Source of the DNA: Alphaproteobacteria bacterium
GTDB lineage: Bacteria > Pseudomonadota > Alphaproteobacteria > Bin95
NCBI GenBank assembly: GCA_965205265.1
Contig: CBDBGH010000003.1
Coordinates: 2,144,001-2,208,000 of the forward strand
DNA length: 64,000 nucleotides
Direction of reading: 5' to 3'
This document shows positions 44,334-56,385 of the stretch, piece by piece (position 1 is the stretch's first letter; every line of letters starts with the position of its first letter). The position numbers were made by a program, and so were the translations under genes. Under the pieces are notes generated by a model. The model searched no databases. It was given only the letters and a program-made list of their open reading frames with translations, and was not told the DNA's origin.

Positions 44334-45716
44334 ATGTGGCAGGAAATCTACTGGCACCTCCAGGAATACATCGCGATCTACATGTTCATCGGGCTGGGCT
44401 GCCTGTTGTTCACGGGCTTCCCGGTCGCCTTCGCGCTCGGCGGCGCGTCGCTGGCATTCGGCCTGATCGGCACCGCTCTCGACGTCTTCGCGCCCATCGA
44501 GTTCTTCAACATCCTGCCGCGCGTCTGGGGCGGAGCGGCGGAGAACCTCGTGCTGGTCGCGGTGCCGCTCTTCGTCTTCATGGGCACCATGCTGGAGCGC
44601 TCCGGCGTCGCCCACGACCTGCTGCACTGCCTCCAGGTGCTACTGCGGCGGGTCCCGGGCGGGCTGGCGCTCGGCGTCACCGTCATGGGCACCATCATGG
44701 CGGCCAGCACCGGCATCATCGGCGCCTCGGTGGTGATGATCACGCTGATGGCGTTGCCGATCATGCTGGAGCGCAGATACAACCAGGAGCTCGCGACCGG
44801 CACCATCGCCGCCGCCAGCACGCTCGGCATCCTGATCCCGCCGAGCATCATGCTGGTCATCATGGCGGACCTGCTGTCGATCTCGGTCGGCAACCTGTTC
44901 GTTGCGGCGGTGTTCCCCGGCCTGCTGCTCTCCGGGCTCTACTTCGTTTACATCATGCTGCTAACGCTGATCTGGCCGCAATTGGGACCGCCGCTGCCGG
45001 ACGAGCGCGGCCCCGGCAGCATGGCCGAACTGGGGACCATGGTGCTGCGCGGCTTCATCCCGCCGGTCTTCCTGATCGTGCTGGTGCTGGGGTCGATCAT
45101 CGCCGGTTGGGCCACGCCCTCCGAGGCGGCGGCGGTGGGCGCGTTCGGGGCGACGCTGCTGGCGTTCATCAACCGCAACCTCACCATCGAGGCGCTGGGC
45201 GACGTGCTGAACCGCACATCGCTCACCGTTGCGATGATCTTCTTCGTCTTCATCGGCGCAACGGCCTTCTCCTACGTCTTCCGCTCGCTCGGCGGCGACG
45301 ATGTGGTGGAAGAGCTGATCTTCTCGCTCGGGCTCGGCAATTGGGGCCTGCTGATCGTGCTGATGGCGACGGTCTTCTTCCTGGGTTTCTTCTTCGACTT
45401 CCTGGAGATCACGCTGATCGTGCTGCCGGTCTTCACGCCCATCGTGCAGGAGCTCGATTTCGGGGACCATGTGATCGATGCGGAAAAGATCTACTGGTTT
45501 GCGCTGCTGGTGGCGGTCAATCTCCAGACCTCCTTCCTGACGCCGCCTTTCGGCTTCGCGCTCTTCTACATGAAGGGCGTAGCCCCGCCGGAGGTGCAGC
45601 TTGTGTCGATCTATCGCGGCATCATCCCGTTCGTGTGCCTGCAGCTCATCGGCCTCGGCTTCGTGCTCGCCTGGCCCGATATCGCGCTCTGGCTGCCGAG
45701 AGTGCTGCTCGACTGA
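44334..45716 (+). CDS. dctM: TRAP transporter large permease
   Basis: GFPVAF, TLGILIPPSI, NLQTSFLTPPFGFALFY. Confidence 0.93.
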   Translation: MWQEIYWHLQEYIAIYMFIGLGCLLFTGFPVAFALGGASLAFGLIGTALDVFAPIEFFNILPRVWGGAAENLVLVAVPLFVFMGTMLERSGVAHDLLHCLQVLLRRVPGGLALGVTVMGTIMAASTGIIGASVVMITLMALPIMLERRYNQELATGTIAAASTLGILIPPSIMLVIMADLLSISVGNLFVAAVFPGLLLSGLYFVYIMLLTLIWPQLGPPLPDERGPGSMAELGTMVLRGFIPPVFLIVLVLGSIIAGWATPSEAAAVGAFGATLLAFINRNLTIEALGDVLNRTSLTVAMIFFVFIGATAFSYVFRSLGGDDVVEELIFSLGLGNWGLLIVLMATVFFLGFFFDFLEITLIVLPVFTPIVQELDFGDHVIDAEKIYWFALLVAVNLQTSFLTPPFGFALFYMKGVAPPEVQLVSIYRGIIPFVCLQLIGLGFVLAWPDIALWLPRVLLD

Positions 45717-45722
45717 CGCGGA

Positions 45723-45756
45723 ACCCGTCTCCGCTGCGGAAGCGGTGGAGACGGGT
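45723..45756. terminator. Hairpin between convergent dctM and isomerase genes
   Basis: acccgtctccgctgc-ggaa-gcggtggagacgggt. Confidence 0.6.
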
Positions 45757-46535
45757 CAGCCGATCCCGTAAGCCTTCGCCCAGCCGAGTCCTTCCACGGT
45801 GCCGGCGCGCGGGCGGTATTCGCAGCCGATCCAGCCTTCGTAGCCCAGTTCGTCGATCAGCCGGAACAGGTAGGGGTAGTGCATCTCACCGACGGAGGGC
45901 TCGTGGCGCTCCGGCACGCTGGCGATCTGCATGTGGCCTACCCCGCCGCCCGGCAGGAATTCGCGAAGCCGCATGGCGACATCGCCCTCGACGATCTGGC
46001 AGTGGTAGAGGTCCATCTGCACCTTGACGGTCTCCGCCCCGACCGCGGCGCGGATGCGGTGGGCATGGTCCTGGCGGTTGAGGAAGAAGCCCGGAATGTC
46101 CCGCCGGTTGATCGGTTCGATGGAGACATGGCGCGCGCCGAGCCGGGCGGCGGCGCGCTTCAGGTTCGCCACATAGACCGCCTCGGCCTCCGCTTCCGCC
46201 TCTTCGCCCGGAATGCCGGCCATGACATGCAGGCGGGGACTCTCCAGCACATCCGCCCATGCCGCCGCCATCTCCAGCGCGTCGGCGAACGCCGCCTCGC
46301 GCCCCGGCACCGCCGCCAGCCCGCGCTCGCCCGCCTCCCAGTCGCCCGCCGGCATGTTGAACAGCACGATCTCGACGCCGGCATCCGCCTTCGCCCTCGC
46401 CACCTCCTCCGGCGAAAAATCGTAGGGAAACAGGAACTCGACCGCCCGGAAGCCCGCCCTGGCGGCGGCGTCGAAGCGGTCCAGGAACTCGTGCTCGTTG
46501 AACATCATCGAGAGATTGGCGGCGAAACGCGGCAT
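45756..46535 (-). CDS. Hydroxypyruvate/2-oxo-tetronate isomerase (Hyi/OtnI family)
   Basis: [33 protein letters not shown]. Confidence 0.92.
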   Translation of the reverse strand: MPRFAANLSMMFNEHEFLDRFDAAARAGFRAVEFLFPYDFSPEEVARAKADAGVEIVLFNMPAGDWEAGERGLAAVPGREAAFADALEMAAAWADVLESPRLHVMAGIPGEEAEAEAEAVYVANLKRAAARLGARHVSIEPINRRDIPGFFLNRQDHAHRIRAAVGAETVKVQMDLYHCQIVEGDVAMRLREFLPGGGVGHMQIASVPERHEPSVGEMHYPYLFRLIDELGYEGWIGCEYRPRAGTVEGLGWAKAYGIG

Positions 46536-46591
46536 GGGCTGCGGCCTTTCCTGAGGTTGCGGAACGCGGGCAGGCTTCCATAGCATAGGTC

Positions 46592-48060
<1,469 letters not shown>

Positions 48061-48064
<4 letters not shown>

Positions 48065-49287
48065 CCGGCGATGAAATCCTGATCGCCGGCGGCGGCATCG
48101 GAGGGCTGACGGCGGCGCTCTGCCTGGCCGCGAAGGGCTTGCCTGTGCGCGTGTTCGAGGCGGCGCCGGCATTCGGCGAGATCGGCGCGGGCATCCAGCT
48201 CAGCCCCAATTGCAACCGGGTGCTGCACCGGCTCGGCCTGGCGGAGGCGCTGGAGGCGGTCGCCTTCCTGCCCGCGAGCGGCCAGATGCGCGACTGGTCG
48301 AGCGGCGAGACCATTTTCGAGGCGGAACTGGGCGACGGGGTGCGGCGGCGCTACGGCTATCCCTACTACCATATCCACCGCGCGGACCTGATCGGCGCTC
48401 TGGCCGAGGCCGCTCGGGCAGAGCCGCGAATCGCGCTGCACACCGCGGCGGAAGTCCGCGGCATCGAACAGGCCGCCGGCGGGGTCTCGCTTTCGGCGGG
48501 CGGCAGGCGTTACCGGGGCCGGGCGCTGATCGGCGCGGACGGCATCCATTCGGCGGTCCGCGCCTTCCTGTTCGGCCCGGAGGCCCCGGCCTTCACCGGC
48601 ACGGTCGCCTGGCGCGGCCTGGTGCCCGCAGACCGGCTGCCGGAGGGCTTCGTGCGCCCGGTGTCCTCCAACTGGCTCGGGCCCGGCGGGCATGTCGTCC
48701 ACTACTATGTCCGCAGCGGCCGGCTGGTGAACTGCGTCTGCGTGGTCGAGAAGGAAGGCTGGGAGCGCGAATCCTGGACCGAGCGCGGCGATATCGGGGA
48801 ACTGAAGCAGGACTTCGCCGGCTGGCATGACGGCGTGCGCCGCCTGATCGGGGCGATGGACCCGGAGGCCTGCTACAAGTGGGCGCTGTTCGACCGGCCG
48901 CCCATGGCTGAATGGGGCAAGGGCCGGGTGACGCTGCTGGGCGACGCCTGCCATGCGACGCTGCCCTTCATGGCCCAGGGCGCCGCCATGGCGATCGAGG
49001 ACGGCGCCGTGCTGGCGGAATGCCTGGCGGCGGGCGGCGATGTGCCGGCAAGCCTGAAACGCTATGAGGACCTGCGCCGCGCCCGGACGGCCCGCATCCA
49101 GACCGGCTCGCGCCGCAATGCGGAACTCTTCCACATGCGCGGCGCGGCGGCGGCCCGGCGCAACCGGACGCTCGGCGCATCGCGCAGCCGCACGCTCGAC
49201 TGGCTCTACCGCTACGACGCCTTCGACCTCGAAGCGGCGGAAGCGGCGGAAGCGGCGGCGGAAGCGGAGACGCCGGACCTCTGCTGA
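48061..49287 (+). CDS. FAD-dependent monooxygenase (salicylate hydroxylase-like); no canonical start before the GxGxxG motif
   Basis: [36 protein letters not shown]; in-frame ATA at 48061 follows an SD-like GGAG. Confidence 0.85.
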
Positions 49288-49394
49288 CGGCGCGGCGCAG
49301 GATTCCGGGTTGGAAATCGCGCCGGGGCGGCCGATGTTATCCTCGAGCCATCCCCTCCCGGCGGGACACCGGCCGCCGCAACAGGAGAGACGCC

Positions 49395-50078
49395 ATGAAC
49401 AAGCTCGAAGGCCTGCACCACCTCGCCATTACCACTGCCGACATCAAGACCCAGATCGAGTTCTTCACCGACAAGCTCGGCATGGAGCTGGTCGCGCTCT
49501 ACTGGATGCACGGGGTCGAGAACACCTTCCACGGCTTCCTGCGCCTGAATGACGAAAGCTGCATTGCGCTGGTGCAGAACGAGGCCATCGGGGACATCCC
49601 GGCCGAGATCGGGCGCACCCATGCCGGCAATCCGGGCGCCAACAGCGCCGCCGGGACCATGCAGCATGTGGCCTTCCGCGTGCGCGGCGAGGCGGAGCTG
49701 ATGGCGATGAAGGACCGGCTGCGCGCCAAGGGCGTGCCGGTGATCGGGCCCAGGGACCACGGCTTCTGCAAGTCGATCTATTTCGCCGGGCCGGAGAACC
49801 TCGCGCTGGAGCTCTCCTGTTCCGAGGGGCCGATAGACGCCGAGGCGTGGATCGACCCGGAAGTGGTCGCGCTCGCCGGCATCGGCGCGGACGAGCTTGC
49901 GCGCTACAAGCGGTCCTCGGACTTCGCGGACAGCGGCGGCGCGATGCCGTAGCCCGGCCCCGACGCGCCCGGCCCGCACATGACCAACTATCCGCCGGGC
50001 CGCTACGAGACGATCCTCGCCATGACCGACGCGGAGATGCTGGCGACCAGCGAGACCGAACCGCCGGTTAGGGTCTGA
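49395..50078 (+). pseudogene. VOC/glyoxalase family protein with internal TAG at 49950-49952
   Basis: LHHLAI, MQHVAF, SIYFAGPE; after the TAG the frame continues for 41 codons of protein-like sequence to TGA at 50078. Confidence 0.7.
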
Positions 50079-50109
50079 CGCTGGCCCGAACGCATAGAGG
50101 GAGGCAGAG

Positions 50110-50685
50110 ATGGTTGCGCCCAGCAAGTTCGCCCACATCGTTTACAACACCCACCGCCACGCGGAGATGATCGATTGGTATGCTCGCGTCTTCGAGGCGC
50201 GCATCCAGCACCGGGACGAGAGGCTGGCCTTCCTCACCTATGACGACGAGCACCACCGCTTCGCCTTCATCAATCTCGGGCCCGCGCCGGAGGGCGCGGC
50301 GGAACGCCGGCCGGACGAGGCGGGCGTCCACCATGTCGCCTACACCTGGCGGGACCTCGGCGAACTGCTCGACACCTACAGGCGGCTGAAGGGCATGGGC
50401 ATTCTGCCTTACCGGCCCATCCGCCACGGGCTCACGCTCTCGATGTATTACCGCGACCCGGACGGCAACGGGCTCGAATTCCAGATCGACGTGATGGACC
50501 TGGCCGCCGCCGGGGCGTTCATGCGCAGCGAAACCTTCGCGCGCGACCCCGTCGGCCAGCTCTTCGACCCGGACGAACTGCTGGCCCGCTACGAGTCGGG
50601 CGACCCCGTGGACGACCTCATCTTCCGCACCGACCAGCCCGAACACACCGGCCAAGCCTTCCGCCGCGAGGGGCAGGCGGCGTAG
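50110..50685 (+). CDS. VOC family (extradiol dioxygenase-like) protein
   Basis: FAHIVY, DDEHHR, HHVAYT, HGLTLSMYYRDPDGN. Confidence 0.88.
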   Translation: MVAPSKFAHIVYNTHRHAEMIDWYARVFEARIQHRDERLAFLTYDDEHHRFAFINLGPAPEGAAERRPDEAGVHHVAYTWRDLGELLDTYRRLKGMGILPYRPIRHGLTLSMYYRDPDGNGLEFQIDVMDLAAAGAFMRSETFARDPVGQLFDPDELLARYESGDPVDDLIFRTDQPEHTGQAFRREGQAA

Positions 50686-50746
50686 GGCCGAACCCGGTCC
50701 GTGCGGACCGGCTGCTTTCGCCGGGCCGCACCGCTCCGGGACGGGT

Positions 50747-51547
50747 TCAGTGGTGATACCGGTCCGCGAATTCCAGAAGCGCTTTTTCCGTTCGCCCGAA
50801 GACCGCATGGCTCTTGACGACCGCCTTGCGGGGGATCGCCATACAATGCCATCTGAGGCGATACCACCGGCGCGCCAGCCCCTCGGGCTGCATCGCTTTC
50901 TTCATCGCCTCGATATCGGAACCGGCTTCCTCCGCCCGCTGGCGCACCAGGCCCGGCAGAACCTGCACGGGGCGAAGCCTGCGCGCGAGCCGGGACACGC
51001 GGAGGTCGAATAGCACATGGTCTATGGGCATCGCCGCATTGCGGCACAGGTCCAGGATGTCGCGGGCGGCGGCCCGGTTGACCATGTAGCCCGCGCTGCC
51101 CGCCGTCCAGAGCGCGATGGGCCGCAATTGCCGCCCCCGGCGGCGCGGGGCGCATTCCCGGCCGAAAAACAGCTCCCTCCGCCCGAAGGCCTCGAACTTC
51201 ACCAGCCCGAACGGCTCCGGCCACCAGTCCAGCGACCGGAGGAAATGGGGGAGGTCGCCTGCGGGCTCCGCATCGTCCTCCAGGATCAGGGCCGCCGGGC
51301 TGGAGGTGCCGAGGAAGGTTTCCAGCGCGCGGCAGTGGCTGAGCACATTCGCTTCCGAGCCCCGCCCCATCTTGCCGAGCTGGAAGTCGAGGTTCACCCG
51401 CTCGCGCAACTCCCCGTCCGTCACCGTTGCGGCGTCCACCGCCGGCGCCCGCTCGACCTCGAAGCCCAGCCTGCCGAAATCGCCGGCGACGATCCGGAGC
51501 CGGTCCGGGCGGCGGTCGAGGTTGATGACATAGATCGGCAGGGCCAT
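50747..51547 (-). CDS. Glycosyltransferase family 25
   Basis: IYVINLDRRPDR, SH, LILEDD, AGY, PIDH. Confidence 0.9.
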   Translation of the reverse strand: MALPIYVINLDRRPDRLRIVAGDFGRLGFEVERAPAVDAATVTDGELRERVNLDFQLGKMGRGSEANVLSHCRALETFLGTSSPAALILEDDAEPAGDLPHFLRSLDWWPEPFGLVKFEAFGRRELFFGRECAPRRRGRQLRPIALWTAGSAGYMVNRAAARDILDLCRNAAMPIDHVLFDLRVSRLARRLRPVQVLPGLVRQRAEEAGSDIEAMKKAMQPEGLARRWYRLRWHCMAIPRKAVVKSHAVFGRTEKALLEFADRYHH

Positions 51548-52365
51548 GCGCCGCGCATCCGGCCTCGGGACGGGGGCGATTCGGCGAACTCGACCCGAAG
51601 CCGCCGCCCGCCGCCGGCTGCCCAGGCCGCCGTCTGCGCCAGCTTGCGCAGCGCCAACCCCAGCCGGCGGGCCCTGGCGCCGCCGGGACGGGCGGACGGT
51701 CCCTGCCGCGCGGCGCGCGCGGTGGGCTGGATGTCGGAGCCGAACTCCTCGTGCCGCTGCCGGATCATGGTTGGCGCGACCAGGAGGGGCCGGAGTTTTC
51801 GCGCCGCCCGCGATGCGCTTATGTCGAACAGAAAGCGGTCGATGGATATGTCCACCTCGACGCACAGGCCCAACGCGGCCTCGGCGGCTGCACGGTCGAT
51901 CAGGTATCCCGCCGAGCCCCCGGCGAAGCGGAACAGCGGGTAGAGCCGGCGCCCGGCCGGCGTCCGGCCGCGCTCGGGCCCGAGCCAGCGCTTCTTGGCG
52001 CCGGCCGACTCCAGCTTCACCAGCCCGGCGCCGTCGGGCCGCCAGCCGTCGGGGTCGAGCACCGCCGCGATGTCGGCTGCGAAATGCGCATCGTCCTCCG
52101 CGACCAGAGCGGCCGGGTAGGGCGAGGCGAGCAGCGTTTCCCACGCCTTGCAGTGGCTCAGAATGTTCGCCTCCGAGCCCCGGCGCAGGGACTGGAACGG
52201 TCTGTCGAGCGCCACCCGCTTCCGGAGCTCGCGGTCGGGTACGATCCCAGCGTCTATCGCTGCGATCCGCTCAGGCGCCAGGCCGAGTCGGCCCAGGTTT
52301 TCCACTACCGCCTCCCACCGGTCCGGGCGGCGGTCGAGGTTGATGACATAGATCGGCAAGGTCAC
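51421..52365 (-). CDS. Glycosyltransferase family 25; 3' end overlaps the next gene by about 127 bp
   Basis: GTG start, IYVINLDRRPDR, SH, AEDD, SAGY. Confidence 0.85.
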   Translation of the reverse strand: MTLPIYVINLDRRPDRWEAVVENLGRLGLAPERIAAIDAGIVPDRELRKRVALDRPFQSLRRGSEANILSHCKAWETLLASPYPAALVAEDDAHFAADIAAVLDPDGWRPDGAGLVKLESAGAKKRWLGPERGRTPAGRRLYPLFRFAGGSAGYLIDRAAAEAALGLCVEVDISIDRFLFDISASRAARKLRPLLVAPTMIRQRHEEFGSDIQPTARAARQGPSARPGGARARRLGLALRKLAQTAAWAAGGGRRLRVEFAESPPSRGRMRGAWPCRSMSSTSTAARTGSGSSPAISAGWASRSSGRRRWTPQR

Positions 52366-53254
52366 TGCCGGCCCTCGGCCTCCCTGCCGCATACCGACGC
52401 CGGTCCTGCCCGCCTCCGTTCGGTCACGGCGCGAAGCACGGCCATCGCCTCGTCGCAATTAGGATCGACAGCGCGGAAATCGGAGGGCCGGCCGAAGCCG
52501 GCGATGTCGAAATCGCCTATAGATCCCTGCGCATAGTGGCGCTTGTAATCCCGGTAGTCGGCCACGCCGGATTTGAGCCGGCGCCGGACTGCCCGGCGGA
52601 GCCGTTGGTAGAGGAAGCGCTCTTTGTAAAGCTCCGCCGGGTTCTTGCGGCCGAATTCACTGCCGGCGAGTTCTCCCGCTTCATCCATGGAGGAGCGGGG
52701 CATGAAGCAAAGATGGAGGCAACGGAAAACCGATTCGCTCCATGTCTCCTGCTTCCAAAGACTGAGTTCGGTTGCGTCGTATCCGGGCTTGAAGACAATT
52801 TTGCCGCCATGCAACCGCTCGTTCCTGCTCTGCCAGCTTTCGATGGCATAGAAATTGTACAGCCTGCAATCCCCGAGTGCCTCCGGTCTGGAATAGCCTG
52901 AAACAACGCCCTCTTCGGCGTGAAAACCCGTAACATTGACCATGTACCCGGTGACCTGCCAGTAGCGGTCGTAGCATCCCGCCAGAAGGCGCCGCCGCAT
53001 TACCGCCAGCCCGGCCGGGTCGTGGATTTCGTCGCCGTCAATGGCGAATACCCATGTCGGCGTGCCGGCGAGCGGCTCCAGATATTTGTGCGTGCGGCGC
53101 GAATGGCGGACATCCATGATCTCGATATGGGGATGAACGCCGGCGACGGCCTCGACGATGCGCCGCGTCCGGTCCTGCGAACGGTTGTCCATGACGATGA
53201 TGCGGTCGCAGAAAGCCGCCGCATTCATCAGCGCCCAGGCCGCGAAATACTCCT

Positions 53255-55170
53255 CCTGACTTCGACGGTTGATTCGCATAAGTAGTTGATATTGCCTGGT
53301 TCTCATTTCGGCTAGGCACTACATCCGGCATTTCTTCGAGCCGTGCTTCGTCGACGGTCAGGCGAGTTGATACGGGGTGATCGTCAGGGGCAGCCCCATG
53401 GTTGCGTAAATCTGCTCCGCCGCCGGTGTCGGCTTCGAGGGGATGACGTAGCGGTTGCCCGATTGCCGACAGCGCAGCAGGGAGCACTGGCGGTGGACGA
53501 GGGCGGAGCGGATGACCTCCGGGGACATCCGCCGCTTCTGGATGGCGACGCGGTACGCAAGGTGTCGAACGCAGGCGAAGGCCAGGAAGGCGATGGCGAT
53601 GTGAGCGCGGATCCGGTCCGGGTTCCAGTGCCAGATGGGACGTATCTTCAGGTCGTGTTTGGTGATCCGGAAGCTCTCCTCGACCTGCCAGAGCCCCTGG
53701 TAGTGAGCCATCACTTCGGTGACGCGCGCGTCGCGCAGATTGGTGATGACGCCGGTGAGCCCGTCCCATCGTGCGGCCTCGGCGATCTTCTCCGGGTTCA
53801 CCGTGAGCCGTGCGTCGCCCTCGACGGCGATGAAGCGCTTCGCCCCGTGATTGGAGAGCAGTTCCCTGGGATTGTCGCTGCGGGCCAGCCTGTCGAGCAG
53901 GCGTTCCACCTGATGGCGGCGCTCGTGCGCGTCCTTGCGTGCGCGCTGGGGGCAGAAGACGACGATCAGGCGACGGCCCTTGTACTCCCACTCGCCGACC
54001 CGGCGGTCCTGTGAGCCCTCCAGCGGGGCATAGGTCCCGGGGTCGAGAACCTGCCCCAGCAGCGCGAGCGGCAGCTTGCGCAGCCGCGCGCCGACGACAT
54101 ACTCGCCGCCGATGGCGTCCATGGCGTCGAGGTTGTCGGCGCTCAGCATGCCCCGGTCGGCCACGCATACCGTGCGCTCCACCTGGTGGCGGCGCTGCAT
54201 GTCCTGCAGGACCGGGACCATGCTGTGTCCCTCGTAGGTGGCGCCGGGGAAGACCTCGTAGCTGATCGGCAGCCCTTCGCGCGTCACCATCAGCGCCAGC
54301 AGAACCTGCGAGTCCTTGTGTTTGCCGTCCTTGCTGAAGCCGTGCTGGCGAAGCTCGTCCTCGGCGGCCGTCTCGAAGTAGAGCGTGGTGCAATCGAAGA
54401 AGAGGATCGCGACCGGCTCCGGCAGCAGCGACCGGCTCGCCTCGCCGACGCGCGTGCGCAGTCGCTCGATCACCGTCGCGTCGAGCTGATCCATCATCCG
54501 GTAGACCTTCTCGAGCGGAAGACTCACGCCGAAGTCCTCCTCGAGCCGGCGCACGCTGCCCCGCTTGCTGTCGGGGTTGGCTACCCGCGCCATCACCACA
54601 TGGAACAGCGCGTCATGGGAGGCCCGGTAGCGCGAGCGCGGCAGCAGCGCGTCGAGGCCCAGCAGCCGGTAGATCTCGCCATAGACCTCGTGGATGCCTG
54701 TGATCAGGCGCTGCTCCTCTTCAAGCTGCTTGAGGTCGACCGGGAGTTCCTCCTTGCCGTCCCCCCGGCGGCCGACACGGATCGCCTGCTCAGCGATCTT
54801 CTCGGGCGCAAACAATGCCGGCTGACGCTCGTCCTCCAGCTTCGCCTTGACGTACTCGCCGAGCTGCCTCAGGCGCTCGAGCTCGTCCTCGTCCATGGCC
54901 ACGCCGACATGGCGGACGATGCGCTGTCGGACCTTGCCGCCGTCGCGCACGGCCTCGACGATCTGGACCGAGCGTCGCGGGCTGTTGGGGGAGGTCTTGA
55001 TGCGCACGAACATGGGGGGAGTGTAGCGCGTGGCGGAGGCATTGACAGTCTCAAAGATTTACTAGGCACTACAACGCAGCTTGACCGCACCGCAACTGCC
55101 AACTCATTGGCTTTACTGAAAACTCCAGACGCGAGATCGGTCAGAAGTCAGCCCAACCGTCGAAGTCAGG
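53255..55170 (-). mobile_element. IS1634-family insertion sequence, copy 2 (1916 bp)
   Basis: Same IRs as copy 1; 67-bp direct repeat at 53188-53254 and 55171-55237. Confidence 0.95.
53358..55013 (-). CDS. IS1634-family transposase (protein identical to copy 1)
   Basis: Identical 551-aa translation in the ORF track. Confidence 0.93.
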   Translation of the reverse strand: MFVRIKTSPNSPRRSVQIVEAVRDGGKVRQRIVRHVGVAMDEDELERLRQLGEYVKAKLEDERQPALFAPEKIAEQAIRVGRRGDGKEELPVDLKQLEEEQRLITGIHEVYGEIYRLLGLDALLPRSRYRASHDALFHVVMARVANPDSKRGSVRRLEEDFGVSLPLEKVYRMMDQLDATVIERLRTRVGEASRSLLPEPVAILFFDCTTLYFETAAEDELRQHGFSKDGKHKDSQVLLALMVTREGLPISYEVFPGATYEGHSMVPVLQDMQRRHQVERTVCVADRGMLSADNLDAMDAIGGEYVVGARLRKLPLALLGQVLDPGTYAPLEGSQDRRVGEWEYKGRRLIVVFCPQRARKDAHERRHQVERLLDRLARSDNPRELLSNHGAKRFIAVEGDARLTVNPEKIAEAARWDGLTGVITNLRDARVTEVMAHYQGLWQVEESFRITKHDLKIRPIWHWNPDRIRAHIAIAFLAFACVRHLAYRVAIQKRRMSPEVIRSALVHRQCSLLRCRQSGNRYVIPSKPTPAAEQIYATMGLPLTITPYQLA

Positions 55171-55310
55171 TCCATGACGATGATGCGGTCGCAGAAAGCC
55201 GCCGCATTCATCAGCGCCCAGGCCGCGAAATACTCCTCGTTCCTGAGCAGGCTCACGCCGACAATGCGCACATTCTCTTCCAACGGCCCCCTCCCCCGGT
55301 CGCCGCGCCG

Positions 55311-56093
55311 TTATTCGCCGGCGTTTCGTTTCGGCTTGCCGCCGGAGCGGTAGCCGACCGCCGCCCGCTCCGACTCGCCTTTCACTGTGGCCCCGATCCA
55401 TGCCGTCCTGAGCAACAGGCGGGTCATGCAGCCGGGCTTCCAGAGCTTCCGTCCGTCGATCCGGCTCTCTCCCGTGTCCGAGCCGAACTTCTCGTAGGGC
55501 AGATGGCGGATTGCGCCCGGCGTCATCTGCAGCGGAGCGAGGCTGTGCGCGAGATGCGAGTTGCCGAGATTGAACAGCAGATGGTCTATCGGCATGGGCG
55601 TCGCCGGGGCGGTCTCAAGCACCTCCAGGGCGGCATCGTGGTCGATCAGATATCCGTATGCGCCCAGGTGGTTGTGCATGATCGGCCTCAGCGCGCGGCC
55701 GCTCGGCGTGGCGCCGACGGCGGGGCCCAGCCATATCCGCCTGTCCGGCGCGATCGTGTTTTGCAGTTTCACCAGCCCGTGCCCGCCGGGCCACCATTCC
55801 GGCGACGCGATAAGCGCCGGGACTTCCTCGCCGACCTCGACATCGTCTTCGAGAATGAGCGCGGCGGGCGCGCCGCAATCGACGAGGGCCTGCATCGCCC
55901 TGTAGTGGCTGCGGGCGCAGGCGACATGGCCCGCCCCCATGCTGCGAAGCGCCGCGTCGCCCGCCAGGCTTTCCTTGTCGATTGCCGGGATGCGCACCGC
56001 CTCCATGCCGAGCCGGTCCAGTTGCGCGCGCATGGCCGTCCAGCGGTCCGCCCGGCGGTCGAGATTGATGACATAGACGGGCAGTTGGGCCAT
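55311..56093 (-). CDS. Glycosyltransferase family 25
   Basis: VYVINLDRRADR, CARSH, LILEDD, PIDHLLF. Confidence 0.9.
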   Translation of the reverse strand: MAQLPVYVINLDRRADRWTAMRAQLDRLGMEAVRIPAIDKESLAGDAALRSMGAGHVACARSHYRAMQALVDCGAPAALILEDDVEVGEEVPALIASPEWWPGGHGLVKLQNTIAPDRRIWLGPAVGATPSGRALRPIMHNHLGAYGYLIDHDAALEVLETAPATPMPIDHLLFNLGNSHLAHSLAPLQMTPGAIRHLPYEKFGSDTGESRIDGRKLWKPGCMTRLLLRTAWIGATVKGESERAAVGYRSGGKPKRNAGE

Positions 56094-56385
56094 TCCCGCG
56101 CCTCGCTTCGACACAAAGACCCGAAGCTGGCGTCGGGCCGTTGCAAGCAACACGCGGATGCGTAAAGCCCCGCCTATTTGCCAAGCGCGGGGAGCTACCC
56201 CTTGCCGGGTATCAGGCTGTTCTATTCAGCGGGCGGCCCGACAGAGCGGGTGTCCGCGTATTGCTTGCGGGGAGCAGTCTGCGTTTTGAGAAAGCTCAAT
56301 GCAAGGGCGGCATGGGTCGCGCGCTATGGCGGGCGCGGCGGGGATTTGGTATGGGCTGGGGGGTGGATACGGGAGCCCTTCCCTC

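Larger units (their letters stand above)
52362..55271 (-). pseudogene. GT2-like glycosyltransferase interrupted by IS1634 copy 2
   Basis: Native start GTG at 55271 (MRIVGVSLLRNEE...); body 52362-53254 has DNRSQDRT and IDGDE motifs. Confidence 0.85.

Noticed and set aside
49231-49269. gaagcggcg 9-bp tandem repeat at the monooxygenase 3' end
   Set aside because: A short in-frame low-complexity tail (EAA)n with no sign of function.
49950-49952. Pyrrolysine decoding of the in-frame TAG
   Set aside because: No pyl genes or methylamine methyltransferase context; a single CAG-to-TAG change explains it.
56160-56385. ZTP, glycine or FMN riboswitch upstream of the glyA-rib operon
   Set aside because: I could not find the consensus motifs by eye; an Rfam scan would be needed.
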